DNA of 64,000 nucleotides from Bacteriovoracales bacterium (GCA_038322885.1 JBBQGK010000005.1:1508-65507), one strand, 5' to 3'; shown: positions 39,569-48,961, numbered from the stretch's first letter. Notes: a model not told the origin generated them from the sequence alone. A program made the numbers and translations.

Positions 39569-40480
39569 ATGAAAATTCTCGTTACCGGCGCCACTGGATT
39601 TGTTGGCCGCCAAGTTGTGAAACAATTATTAGAACAAAATTTTGATGTGATCGTGCTGACACGAAATATTGCAAAAGCCGCTTTGACCTTAGGAAGCAAA
39701 TGCAAATATTTTCAGTGGTCAGACAATACAGCTGCTCCTCCAGCGGAAGCTTTTCAGGGTGTAACGGGTGTTATTAACCTGATGGGTGAAGGCATCGCCG
39801 ATAAGGCATGGGATGAGGCGCGCAAGAAAAGAATGTATTCTTCGCGCGTTGAAGGAACGACTCGTTTGGTTGAGGCCATGGGTGCGCTTCCTGAAAAACC
39901 TAGTGTCCTCGTTTCAGCATCTGCCATCGGTATTTATGGCGACCGTGGAAGTGAAGAGCTCTCAGAAGCTTCGGCTTTAGGAGATAATTTTCTCGCCCGG
40001 CTCTGCAAAGATTGGGAGAAAGAGGCCTTACGCGCACAGGCCAGTGGCACTCGGGTTGTGATCATCAGAACCGGTGTGGTCATGGGACATGATGGAGGAG
40101 CGCTTAAGAAAATGCTTCCCATTTTTAAATTAGGTCTCGGTGGCAAAGTTGGAACTGGTGAGCAGTACATGAGTTGGATCCATGTTGAGGATCTTGCGCG
40201 GATGTATGTAGAAGCAATTAAAGATACTAATCTTACGGGAGTCTTTAACGGCACCTCTCCGTATCCTGCAACCAATGAAGATTTTACGAAAGCTCTCGGT
40301 GCTGCGCTTTCTCGGCCAACAATTCTTCCTGCTCCTGCCTTTGCTTTGAACATGGTCTTTGGTGAGATGTCGTCTGTCCTTCTTGAAGGTCAGAGAGTTC
40401 TTCCTACAAACTTCAAGCAGAAGAAGTTCCACTATCATTATCCGACACTTGCCATGACTCTAAAGGAAACGGCTTTTTGA
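39569..40480 (+). CDS. TIGR01777 family NAD-dependent epimerase/oxidoreductase (YfcH-like)
   Basis: TGATGFVG, SASAIGIYG, QYMSWIHVED, LLEGQRVLP. Confidence 0.9.
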   Translation: MKILVTGATGFVGRQVVKQLLEQNFDVIVLTRNIAKAALTLGSKCKYFQWSDNTAAPPAEAFQGVTGVINLMGEGIADKAWDEARKKRMYSSRVEGTTRLVEAMGALPEKPSVLVSASAIGIYGDRGSEELSEASALGDNFLARLCKDWEKEALRAQASGTRVVIIRTGVVMGHDGGALKKMLPIFKLGLGGKVGTGEQYMSWIHVEDLARMYVEAIKDTNLTGVFNGTSPYPATNEDFTKALGAALSRPTILPAPAFALNMVFGEMSSVLLEGQRVLPTNFKQKKFHYHYPTLAMTLKETAF

Positions 40481-40857
40481 AAAAAATCTTCTTTTTTATT
40501 TTCCTTCTTTCATGCACAAAAGAGGTGAAGTACTCCAAAGAAAAAATGCTTTCTCTGGCGTTAAAGAAAGACGCTTCTGTTTCTCTGATTCTTCCTAAGA
40601 GTATGAATGAGGGTGTGACGTGCGTTGAGTATGGCGAGGGCTGTTTGGGAGCGCATATTGTATCGGTCCAGAACATCGAGATGATTGGCGTAGAATTTTC
40701 TGATCAAGATAGTGCTAAGCGAGCGGCAAAGCGATTACGCGGATACTACGCTCATAATTGGATGTTTGATGATGTTTCAGGGGAGCCTACCTTAGAGAAA
40801 TTTGTGATCTCAGCTTTTGAGGCCAAAAAAGCGGTTGAAGACCCCGTCAAAAAATAA
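40477..40857 (+). CDS. lipoprotein, function unknown
   Basis: Lipobox FLLS-C; start overlaps upstream stop. Confidence 0.75.
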   Translation: MKKIFFFIFLLSCTKEVKYSKEKMLSLALKKDASVSLILPKSMNEGVTCVEYGEGCLGAHIVSVQNIEMIGVEFSDQDSAKRAAKRLRGYYAHNWMFDDVSGEPTLEKFVISAFEAKKAVEDPVKK

Positions 40858-41181
40858 AAGTTTTTCTAACCATTTTTCTTTCAATTCACCCAGATCAAAT
40901 TCGTCTAAAGTTTTCCTGAATAAAAGCATCCAGCGCCCAAGTTCCCCACGTTTGATCATGAGAGGTGTATGAACACTAATCACATCAAAGGGTGGGTCAC
41001 CTTTCAAGGATCCGGATCCCAAGAGCTGCATCTCCCAGAAAAGAGCAATGCGAGGGATGTGGGTTTCAAAATCTTTTATATTGCGAAAATGATAGCCGAT
41101 CAGGACATCATTCTTGGCCTTCTCATAAAAAGACTCCACAACTTTTAGGATGAGTTCTTTTTTTTCTTTCACTGAGGACAA
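40810..41181 (-). CDS. group III truncated hemoglobin
   Basis: FYEKAKNDVLIGYHF, HIPRIALFW, H in ISVHTPL, RWMLLF. Confidence 0.8.
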   Translation of the reverse strand: MSSVKEKKELILKVVESFYEKAKNDVLIGYHFRNIKDFETHIPRIALFWEMQLLGSGSLKGDPPFDVISVHTPLMIKRGELGRWMLLFRKTLDEFDLGELKEKWLEKLLFFDGVFNRFFGLKS

Positions 41182-42194
41182 TCGAGTGCAGGCATCTTGG
41201 AGTAGAAATTCTGCTGAACCGTTTTCATCTGAAAACCTTGCTCCAGAAAAAAGGTGAGATCTTTTTTATCATCGAAGGAAAGTTTGCTCCCAAACTTCAT
41301 CAAGTGACATTTTCTGGCGTCTGGGGTCTCAAAAAATTTGAGAAGTGCGTACTGAGTATAGAGTTCATCACCGACAATGGCCTCACCCTCGGGCTCGAAG
41401 GGATATGGTTCAAAGAAAACGTTTCCACTTTTTCCAATCATCATCACAAGGCATCCCAAAACTTTTAAGTCTTTCTCAAAAGTAAGCACTTGATGGCCGG
41501 ATTTTTCCCACTGTTCGAGGGTCTTCTCTGGAATGGGAAGTGTCTTGGGCGTGAGCGACGCTTTTGAGTAATCTCCCATCTCTATCTGGCCCAGCTTGTG
41601 CAAATCTTTCCAGTTCTTCATGATGTGACTCTGAACTTCTGGAGCAAGAGAGCCGAGATAATCGGGATATGTTTTATAGGCCTTGATCAAAGGCTCCAGC
41701 ACAAAGCTCTGCTTACTCCACACTGGCGCCTCAGTTGAGGACCTGAAGTCCTGAAGACCTTTTAAAAAATAGAACTGCTGGGCCTTGATATCTGCACGTG
41801 ACTCGTATTCTCCAATGAGCTCCTGAATCTTTTCTTTGCACGACCGAGTGTATTTTGAATCGGCCACGAGCATGCCGCAGTTACCATCACTCACTTTCCA
41901 AATGGCCTCTTTCCAGTGCTCGTGATCAGTATTCCAAAAAAAATGTTTCTTGTACCACGGTAGGAGTCCATCACAGTTGAGCTTGCGCAAACAGATTTGA
42001 GTCATCCCAATGGGCGTATTTTGAGTTGGGGCAAAGAATAAAAAGAAAGTGAAGACATCTGTTGCTGGGGCTTGGTCATGGCGCTCTATCAGCTCAGTGA
42101 AGCTTGGAACTTCTTCCTGCAAGAGACTTTCAATATTGGTGATGAACTCTGGCTCGATGTCATGAATTGAATGGTACTTTTGTACGAGCAGCAT
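41169..42194 (-). CDS. hypothetical protein (341 aa)
   Basis: Long ORF in a tightly packed operon; no confident motif. Confidence 0.7.
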   Translation of the reverse strand: MLLVQKYHSIHDIEPEFITNIESLLQEEVPSFTELIERHDQAPATDVFTFFLFFAPTQNTPIGMTQICLRKLNCDGLLPWYKKHFFWNTDHEHWKEAIWKVSDGNCGMLVADSKYTRSCKEKIQELIGEYESRADIKAQQFYFLKGLQDFRSSTEAPVWSKQSFVLEPLIKAYKTYPDYLGSLAPEVQSHIMKNWKDLHKLGQIEMGDYSKASLTPKTLPIPEKTLEQWEKSGHQVLTFEKDLKVLGCLVMMIGKSGNVFFEPYPFEPEGEAIVGDELYTQYALLKFFETPDARKCHLMKFGSKLSFDDKKDLTFFLEQGFQMKTVQQNFYSKMPALDCPQ

Positions 42195-42196
42195 AC

Positions 42197-42559
42197 TTAA
42201 ACTCGAAGATCCCGCGCGCAGTAAGGACAGATCTTCCAGAACTGGAGATCAAATTCCTTTCCACAGGCACAGGTATAACTTTGGGCGAGGTCATCCAGAG
42301 ATTCTCCCACAACAAAAATATCCGGCCTCATGGCGCGGATTGTGAGAGAGTTCGCGATGAAGTGGCCGGGATAAAAAGGATCTGGCTTAAACATCGCAGG
42401 ACCGACAGATTCATTCATTCGAATTTGCACTGGAATATCTTCGCGAGCTACTATGTCCACCAAAGGCATGGCGGCCATGTTTTCTAGTTCTTTTATTTTT
42501 CTAAGGATTTCGTTAGGATCCTGGCTTTGGTTTTTCAAATCGACTCCAGCGCCGCTCAA
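42197..42559 (-). CDS. hypothetical protein with C-terminal zinc ribbon
   Basis: CACG-x9-CPYC. Confidence 0.7.
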   Translation of the reverse strand: MSGAGVDLKNQSQDPNEILRKIKELENMAAMPLVDIVAREDIPVQIRMNESVGPAMFKPDPFYPGHFIANSLTIRAMRPDIFVVGESLDDLAQSYTCACGKEFDLQFWKICPYCARDLRV

Positions 42560-43091
42560 GCATCGTGATGATTTCTCTCACAGCTCGCTGATGGGCATTA
42601 AACCATTTCCATGGTGCTGGCTTAATCTTATCAAATTCTCTCAAGAAATATACACCTTGATTGCCACATTCTTCGATGGTTCTGAGAGTCCATTCGACGA
42701 CTTCTGGAGAGGAGGAGTGAAGAAGTTTCTTCAAGGATTCTAAGAAATCGTAATTGAGCCTGTGGCCACGCTGAAACTGTGCCAGGATGATGTGCCTGCG
42801 AGAAGCATTGAGTGCGAAAATGAGTAAATTGTCAGGAAGATCAGAATTAAGAACTTCTAAAAGAATGGGCCCGGCAGTCGGGTAAAGAGCCGCAGAGTGC
42901 TCCATGAGGCAAAGAATTTTTTCTAATTCACCCAAGTTTTTTTCGGTTAGTTTTAATTTTAATCTATCCAAGAGATCTTCAAGATCATGTTCTTTAAACC
43001 GAGTCAGGGCCCGGTGGCCTTGCTTAATTTCTGAGATGATCTTTTGATATTCGAGTTCTATGTCCATTAGATAACTGGGGAGCCGATGCAC
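42513..43091 (-). CDS. helical hypothetical protein (HEAT-like)
   Basis: Leu/Glu-rich amphipathic helices; overlaps both neighbours. Confidence 0.65.
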   Translation of the reverse strand: MHRLPSYLMDIELEYQKIISEIKQGHRALTRFKEHDLEDLLDRLKLKLTEKNLGELEKILCLMEHSAALYPTAGPILLEVLNSDLPDNLLIFALNASRRHIILAQFQRGHRLNYDFLESLKKLLHSSSPEVVEWTLRTIEECGNQGVYFLREFDKIKPAPWKWFNAHQRAVREIITMLERRWSRFEKPKPGS

Positions 43092-43945
43092 CGAAAAGAG
43101 TGATTGTTCTCGAGCAAGTCCGAACTAAGTGTTCCGTCTTTATCTGAGTAAAGCCAAGCTTTTGCACGAGCAGGATCAGCGGCCTGCAGAGTTGAAGTCC
43201 AGAGAGCATGTGTAGTCGAGTTATCAAGAACAAACCGAATCCCATCGAGGTCCGCTTGAAGATAATCATTTCGCGTCGGGAGTCTCCATTTGATCTGACT
43301 TCCAACGCCTGCCACATTCAAATTTGTGCATGCACTCGTCGCGGCCCCTATGGTTTCACAGTCAATGGTGAGAGAAGAGCCAGCCGTTTGATTTTGTCTG
43401 TTTCCGGAGGCGATGCACCAGTTCATCGGAGTCATGACATTTGACCAGGCCATGTTTGTTCGAGTATCGAGCCAAACTTCAGTGGGTGTCGTAGGACTAT
43501 TATAAATAAGATTCCAGTTACTCTCTCCGCTTGAACCATTAAGAGTGCCGTTCCAGGTAGAGTTTGCAGAATTTTTAGAAGCACAATCGGCGATGCGATT
43601 TGTAATGTTGGTGAAAGTTGTGTCCACACCGCAAGCAACTGTCGGTCGTCCGAGGTGAGTTTGCGTCTCGATATTAAGCCCGACCTTGCCCTCATCATCG
43701 ATGACCATATCGGGAACGGCACGATATCCGGCCGTTAGGGTTGAGGTCATCAGTGCAATTTCTTGTTCAAAAGTCAGAACTGGAAGATTTCTTGTGCGAT
43801 GGATTTGCGAGGCAACCACATGAGTATCAACAGTTAAATCTGGAATGTTACGATCAGCAGTATCAGTTGGACGGCCTTTTGATACATCTCCACAAGCACT
43901 CACGAAGAGTGCCAGACTTAATATGATAAGCGTCGATTGATGCAT
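43067..43945 (-). CDS. lipoprotein with Lcl/DUF1566-like C-terminal domain
   Basis: Lipobox FVSA-C; DTRTNMAW, KWRLPT, LWTST, terminal FRCI. Confidence 0.75.
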   Translation of the reverse strand: MHQSTLIILSLALFVSACGDVSKGRPTDTADRNIPDLTVDTHVVASQIHRTRNLPVLTFEQEIALMTSTLTAGYRAVPDMVIDDEGKVGLNIETQTHLGRPTVACGVDTTFTNITNRIADCASKNSANSTWNGTLNGSSGESNWNLIYNSPTTPTEVWLDTRTNMAWSNVMTPMNWCIASGNRQNQTAGSSLTIDCETIGAATSACTNLNVAGVGSQIKWRLPTRNDYLQADLDGIRFVLDNSTTHALWTSTLQAADPARAKAWLYSDKDGTLSSDLLENNHSFRCIGSPVI

Positions 43946-44076
43946 GTTTACTCCAGAGGCCTTACTCTAGAAAAATCTTAGCCTTAATCATAGAAAATCT
44001 CTCTTTTCTTGTAAAATTTACTTCTTAAAAACTCCACCTTATCTCTCTGTTTTCAGAGACAAAGAGGCGTGCTAGG

Positions 44077-44787
44077 ATGCGCTCCGTGACCACACTCTTA
44101 ATTAACTCTATTTACCGGGCAACCGAAGGCGAAGGAATCCATATTGGAACTCCTCAGATCTTCGTGCGCTTTCAGGGCTGCCACATTGGCTGTGTGAATT
44201 GTGATTCTAAAGAGACTTGGGACTTTTCTCCTGAGTTCACGATGGATCTTGAAGCTGTGATGGAGAAAGTCGAAACACTCTCACAAAATCTTATTAAGCG
44301 CGTTTCAATCACTGGTGGAGATCCTCTCCATCCTTCTCATGTACCTTCACTCTTGGTTCTGATTCAAGAGTTGAAGCGCAGAAATTTTTTCGTGAACATT
44401 GAAGCTGCTGGTACTCGCATCGTGAAAGAGGTCTTCGATCAGGTCGATTTTATTTCTTACGATTTTAAAACTCCGTCGACTGAAGTGCGAACTTCCCAAG
44501 ATCTTCTTTTGCGGTTTGTTCAGGAATACGGTTACAAGTCACAGATCAAGGCCGTGGTGGCAGATAAGAAAGATTTTGAAGCAACCTACGATGCCCTTCA
44601 CTATGTTCGAACGAGCGGGACTCAACTTCCTCCATGGTGCCTTACCCCTTGCTATGAGCCGGGCGAAGAATTCCCAATGAATAGATTTCAGCATGTTGTG
44701 CAGTTAAATGAGAACTTTGGGTTGCCATTTCGGGTGATTGGCCAGCAACATAAGTGGGTTTACGGAGTCGATGCCCGCCAGGTTTAA
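44077..44787 (+). CDS. queE: 7-carboxy-7-deazaguanine synthase (radical SAM)
   Basis: EGEGIHIG, FVRFQGCHIGCVNCDS, ITGGDP, QQHK. Confidence 0.9.
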   Translation: MRSVTTLLINSIYRATEGEGIHIGTPQIFVRFQGCHIGCVNCDSKETWDFSPEFTMDLEAVMEKVETLSQNLIKRVSITGGDPLHPSHVPSLLVLIQELKRRNFFVNIEAAGTRIVKEVFDQVDFISYDFKTPSTEVRTSQDLLLRFVQEYGYKSQIKAVVADKKDFEATYDALHYVRTSGTQLPPWCLTPCYEPGEEFPMNRFQHVVQLNENFGLPFRVIGQQHKWVYGVDARQV

Positions 44788-44806
44788 GCTTACCTTAACA
44801 TTTTAG

Positions 44807-44833
44807 TCAACTTTCTCATAAAAGCGCCGATAA
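44807..44833 (+). promoter_or_regulatory. sigma28 (FliA)-like promoter
   Basis: TCAA-N15-GCCGATAA ending 6 nt before the ATG at 44840. Confidence 0.6.
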
Positions 44834-44839
44834 GCTTTT

Positions 44840-45991
44840 ATGCGCTATTTAATGCTTGGACTTTTTCTCGTGGGCTGCTCGCAAACTCCACCGCTAAAGT
44901 ACAAATACAGCTCGGCCAAAAAGTATCTCGCCAGTCTCACGCGGGATGATTCTGTGGTCAAAAAAATTGAAGTCGAAATCAAAGATCCCCTCATCTTCGC
45001 AAGTGGCATGGACTCCACCACAATTATTGTGAAACTCTTCGATGATAAAGGTCAGCTCTTAACTGATGTCGATCCTTATGATCTCACCATATCCTCAAAC
45101 GTTGATGTTGAAGCAAAACCATTTTCAATAAAGCAAGGTGTCTACAAGGCCGAGATTCTTCCCCGCGTGAAAAGTCCATCGATGACGATGATGGTGGACT
45201 GGCAGGAAAAAGTATCGAGTCAGGCCTTCATGATAAAGACCACAAAAGCGCCCCTAAAAGATAAAGTTCTTCCGATGAATCATGATTTTTGGGAAACCAA
45301 AAGTTTAGGTGAAGTGAGTGTGACTCGAGGAAGTGCGAGTGCACTTTCTACTTTTGAAGGCTTCTCATTTGAAAACCTTGGCGATAATAAAATCGTTCGA
45401 TCTGAAAAAAATCACCATGCCGCTCGTCACTTTAGTTTTGACTACATCGAGCAAGCGAGACAGAACCTCTCTTTAAGAGTGGATGATATACCGAACTCTA
45501 CGAACTCTCACGGTATGCACTCGCTTTTTATGTTCTTTCCTAGAAAACAAATTTTTCTCCTGGAGCAACTGTCGGGCACCCTTGATGTGACTCTTCCGAC
45601 GGGTGAAAAGATGGTCTTCTCAAAGGACTCAAAAGAGATTGTGGAAGGCGTATTCAGCGAAGGACCTCTGGACCAGACTAAAGAAAAAACAAAACGCAGC
45701 TATGCAAATCTTCAGTACAAGGGAAAGGGCATCATGCTTCGGGCAAATGCTCGCGGACAGTCACCTGAGTTGGGGCAGTTTGAGAAAGAGAAAATTGATG
45801 GAGAGTTTGGAGTGCGGGGATCAGTCGATGTTTTGATTATGAATGGATCTACCGGACAGAGATGTATCAGACCCAAGACTGATTTCTGGGAAAACCTTGA
45901 TGTGATCCCTATCGAATTTAAATTTCCGACGGATGAAGAGTTTGATCTGTATTTGAAAAAGCAATGTGGGTTTGGACTACCTAAGCTTTAA
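44840..45991 (+). CDS. lipoprotein with invasin/Ig-like N-terminal domain and unknown C-terminal domain
   Basis: Lipobox FLVG-C; ASGMDSTTIIVKLFDDKG resembles Big_1 A-D-G-x-D-x-x-T-I-T-V pattern. Confidence 0.6.
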   Translation: MRYLMLGLFLVGCSQTPPLKYKYSSAKKYLASLTRDDSVVKKIEVEIKDPLIFASGMDSTTIIVKLFDDKGQLLTDVDPYDLTISSNVDVEAKPFSIKQGVYKAEILPRVKSPSMTMMVDWQEKVSSQAFMIKTTKAPLKDKVLPMNHDFWETKSLGEVSVTRGSASALSTFEGFSFENLGDNKIVRSEKNHHAARHFSFDYIEQARQNLSLRVDDIPNSTNSHGMHSLFMFFPRKQIFLLEQLSGTLDVTLPTGEKMVFSKDSKEIVEGVFSEGPLDQTKEKTKRSYANLQYKGKGIMLRANARGQSPELGQFEKEKIDGEFGVRGSVDVLIMNGSTGQRCIRPKTDFWENLDVIPIEFKFPTDEEFDLYLKKQCGFGLPKL

Positions 45992-46501
45992 AACATAATC
46001 CTTAATTCTCATCGCCGTGCTGAACATATCTTCTTCGAAGTTCTCATCGGGGTATTCCGTGAGACCCATCATGATCGCAAGTGGGTTAATCGTTTTGTCT
46101 AAAAGTTCTGATTCACCAACAGTGTGAGATGGACAAAAAATCTCAGATGAAATTTCGTGCTGGAAACCAATAAAGAATTGATCACTTCCTTCCTTGAAAG
46201 GAATTAAAACGAGTCTATTGAAGAAAACGTCACCGGTCTTACGGTAATTGATAAGGTCTTGGCAGATGGGCAATTTTTTAGCAATGGCCGTCCTGATTCT
46301 TTGCACGGCCTCTAAATCAGTTTCTTTACCTTGTAGGAATTTACAATTTTGGCCGAGAGACTCTTGGGTAGAATATTTCGTCATTTCAAAAAATGATTGA
46401 TTCACGTAGAGCAATTTATTGCCCTGAAGAGAGGTGTTCACTAACGTGACGGGATTTAAGAACCGCTCACCCATTTTGATGATGCTCTCAAAAATTTTCA
46501 T
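45977..46501 (-). CDS. short LOV-domain blue-light photoreceptor with DHp-like C-terminal extension
   Basis: GQNCKFLQG, QRIR, LINYRKTG, FFN, FIGFQ: flavin-binding residues of LOV domains conserved. Confidence 0.88.
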   Translation of the reverse strand: MKIFESIIKMGERFLNPVTLVNTSLQGNKLLYVNQSFFEMTKYSTQESLGQNCKFLQGKETDLEAVQRIRTAIAKKLPICQDLINYRKTGDVFFNRLVLIPFKEGSDQFFIGFQHEISSEIFCPSHTVGESELLDKTINPLAIMMGLTEYPDENFEEDMFSTAMRIKDYVLKLR

Positions 46502-46887
46502 AGTTTAATCTTTATGAGACGCCAACTCAGAACAAGCCAACCCAAAACAAAAAGCAGCCCACCGACGGGAACGATCATGGCAAAAACTTTGAGACCACTT
46601 AAAACGTAAAAATAACAGTTAAACGAGAAAAGAAGAATGCCAGCGCAGAAGGCCCAGAAGCTTGTGCTTGTATTGAGAGAAGGATATTGATTTTGGATAA
46701 GCCCCAAAATCATCAGACCGAAGGCATGAAAAAAGTGATAGCGAACTCCCGTTTCAAAAGTCACAAGTTTCTCAGGCTCGACCATTGATTTCAATCCATG
46801 AGCACCAAAGGCTCCGATTAAAACCGCGAGAGCCAGCAGTAAGGCACCGATGAGAAGATTACGCCGGGCCAGAAGTTGAGAGGTCAT
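46498..46887 (-). CDS. DUF423 (YgdD/TMEM256) membrane protein
   Basis: IGAFGAHGL, FETGVRYHFFHA, LFSF, VPVGG. Confidence 0.9.
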   Translation of the reverse strand: MTSQLLARRNLLIGALLLALAVLIGAFGAHGLKSMVEPEKLVTFETGVRYHFFHAFGLMILGLIQNQYPSLNTSTSFWAFCAGILLFSFNCYFYVLSGLKVFAMIVPVGGLLFVLGWLVLSWRLIKIKL

Positions 46888-47317
46888 TTAAAAAATCCTT
46901 CTTCGCGATTGGGTATGAATTAAAAGTCCCCTGGCCCACGGCCACGAGATCTCCGGTTTGATTTCTGATCTCGCCGGAACTTATGATGAGGCTCTTGCCC
47001 TTGTGAATGACGGTCCCTTTGCCCGTGAGCTCGTCACCGAGTTTCGCAGGACGAACAAAGTTGATTTTAAATTCAACCGTAGACGTAAGGTGATCATGAG
47101 TGATGGATTCAGAAAGTGCGGAGAGCCCCAAAACACAATCCATCATTCCGGCCAGACTTGCTCCGTGAGCGGTGTCTGGTGAACTTAAGTGTTTTTCCAA
47201 AACGGTCATCTTGTAAGTGATAGCACCTGGGCCATCGATATGGAAATTAAGGCCATTCTCAAGATCGTATTTATTGATCGATTTAAAAAGTGTGATGAAT
47301 TTTCCGGGATTGATCAT
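46859..47317 (-). CDS. PaaI family thioesterase
   Basis: HGASLAGMMD, TVEFKINFVRP, VAVGQGTF. Confidence 0.88.
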   Translation of the reverse strand: MINPGKFITLFKSINKYDLENGLNFHIDGPGAITYKMTVLEKHLSSPDTAHGASLAGMMDCVLGLSALSESITHDHLTSTVEFKINFVRPAKLGDELTGKGTVIHKGKSLIISSGEIRNQTGDLVAVGQGTFNSYPIAKKDFLNDLSTSGPA

Positions 47318-47338
47318 GGGATTATTTTAGGCAATGAG

Positions 47339-48415
47339 TTACGTGAGGTATAGTTTTTTCGAGCTGCCTTCCACACCCTGCCGAATGGTGAGATTTCTTC
47401 CCTTATCAACTCCGAGGCTTCGTGCTCTCTCATCCACAATGCCCCCAGAATGAGAGCTTCCGAGGCGACGGTAAATCAGGCGCACGTCGTGATCAAGTTT
47501 CTTCTCGACGAGGACAAGGGCCTTCTGGTCACTCGGAGAGAAGGAAGCCTTGCTCATCTTCATTTTTTCATCAAAGCCGCGAGCGACTCCAGCGAAAAAA
47601 GAATTCTTGGCCTTGAGTCCCTGAAGATTTTCTTCGGCCTTGACGGTATCCCATAGACGATCAAGCTCTCGGTCCAAGAATTCAGCCACGTAGCGGGCGA
47701 GTTTAACATTGGTCAAAGTTCCTGAAACCTCAAGACAGCATGAGTTTTTTCCAAAAGACAAAACCGGTCGTACGATAAAGTGCCTAAGGATCTCGTAGAT
47801 CGCGACAAGCTTCGCGTCCTTCCGCGGCCGATAGAGAAGACGATCGAGATAGATGGTTTCGAGCTCCTCGCCTTGAATGTGGTCAAGATTATGGCGCAGA
47901 AGGAGTTCGTTGGCCTTCAGGGTCGCAAGCTCGGCTTCATGGGGGTTTGAGCTTTGAGCGAGTTGCAAAAGTTTTTTGACCTTCTCAATCACGCGCTCAG
48001 AAACAAGGTCACCCTCTTTCTTCTCATTACTCATCTCCACGTTCATAGTGGCCGCAGAAATCTCCTGAGGAAAACCAAACTCGAGGCAAGTTGCTCTAAA
48101 TTCTGGTCCATGAGACTGGACTTCGCCATGGCGAATGTAGGTGAGGTAATGAGCGAGTTCGTGTTTGAGGATATCTCTGAGGACAGAATCTTTTGCAGAA
48201 TAAATGAGTTTGAGATTTAGCCCAATCTGCAGATAAGGCGCATTGAAGTGACCAAGTTCAGTGCCCTCAAAAACGACGACGTGGATAGGGTAGAGATAAT
48301 TTTTGCAAAGGAAGCGACTTCGCTTCACCTCAAAGTTAAGGCTTTGTAAGATGTCCTTAACCAGAACTTCACTTCGTTGAATGAAGGCAAGGGTCGTATC
48401 ATTGTAAACAATCAT
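47339..48415 (-). CDS. SprT-like zinc-motif domain + DUF2786 protein
   Basis: LKHELAH...HGPEF; KVKKLLQLAQSSNPHEAELA...LLLRHNL. Confidence 0.82.
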   Translation of the reverse strand: MIVYNDTTLAFIQRSEVLVKDILQSLNFEVKRSRFLCKNYLYPIHVVVFEGTELGHFNAPYLQIGLNLKLIYSAKDSVLRDILKHELAHYLTYIRHGEVQSHGPEFRATCLEFGFPQEISAATMNVEMSNEKKEGDLVSERVIEKVKKLLQLAQSSNPHEAELATLKANELLLRHNLDHIQGEELETIYLDRLLYRPRKDAKLVAIYEILRHFIVRPVLSFGKNSCCLEVSGTLTNVKLARYVAEFLDRELDRLWDTVKAEENLQGLKAKNSFFAGVARGFDEKMKMSKASFSPSDQKALVLVEKKLDHDVRLIYRRLGSSHSGGIVDERARSLGVDKGRNLTIRQGVEGSSKKLYLT

Positions 48416-48601
48416 GCCTCATCATACCCAATGACCTAAGGGTTGGAAATGAACAGCAGGAAAAAAATTACATGGGGCCAAAAAGGCCCTTTTTCGACGG
48501 AAAAATTATTTTCAGAGTGCCAAAATGCACTTCTTCTCAACACGAAAAAGTAAATGCTATTCATTAAATATTCCGCAACAACTTAGGAAAGGGTTAGGGA
48601 A

Positions 48602-48961
48602 ATGAAAAAATTAATGGGTGCTTGTCTTTTACTTCTAGCGATCTCTTTCATGCAATCAAAGGTCTTCGCGGCCGATTTAAACTGTGAGTTTAAAGATGAT
48701 GTTGTGGAAGGAGTGAAGACAATCGTTGTGACTAACGAGACTCTCAAAATTAATAAGGATCTTGAGATCCCGCTCGAGAAAAGCTCTATTCGTTGTGGAA
48801 ACTTCGGTAAGCAGATTCGCTTTGATGGATCAGCCTTGGGCTACCAGATTGTCCTTGAATCCTGCACTGATGGTGCAGCGATGAAAGGGGCCTTAATTGA
48901 TTCGATTAAGGGAATTGCTGCTAACGTGGTCTGTAATAAAATCGTCGCTCTTCAAAAATAA
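48602..48961 (+). CDS. secreted hypothetical protein
   Basis: Signal peptide ending VFA; four Cys. Confidence 0.75.
   Translation: MKKLMGACLLLLAISFMQSKVFAADLNCEFKDDVVEGVKTIVVTNETLKINKDLEIPLEKSSIRCGNFGKQIRFDGSALGYQIVLESCTDGAAMKGALIDSIKGIAANVVCNKIVALQK

Noticed and set aside
34037-44787. tgt and queE as a DNA 7-deazaguanine (Dpd) modification island
   Set aside because: They are about 9 kb apart, Tgt has the tRNA-type motifs, and no dpd genes are visible.
48475-48494. Orphan terminator-like hairpin (GGGCC-A5-GGCCC-T5) implying an sRNA
   Set aside because: Only a 5-bp stem and no supporting promoter; could be chance in a divergent intergenic region.
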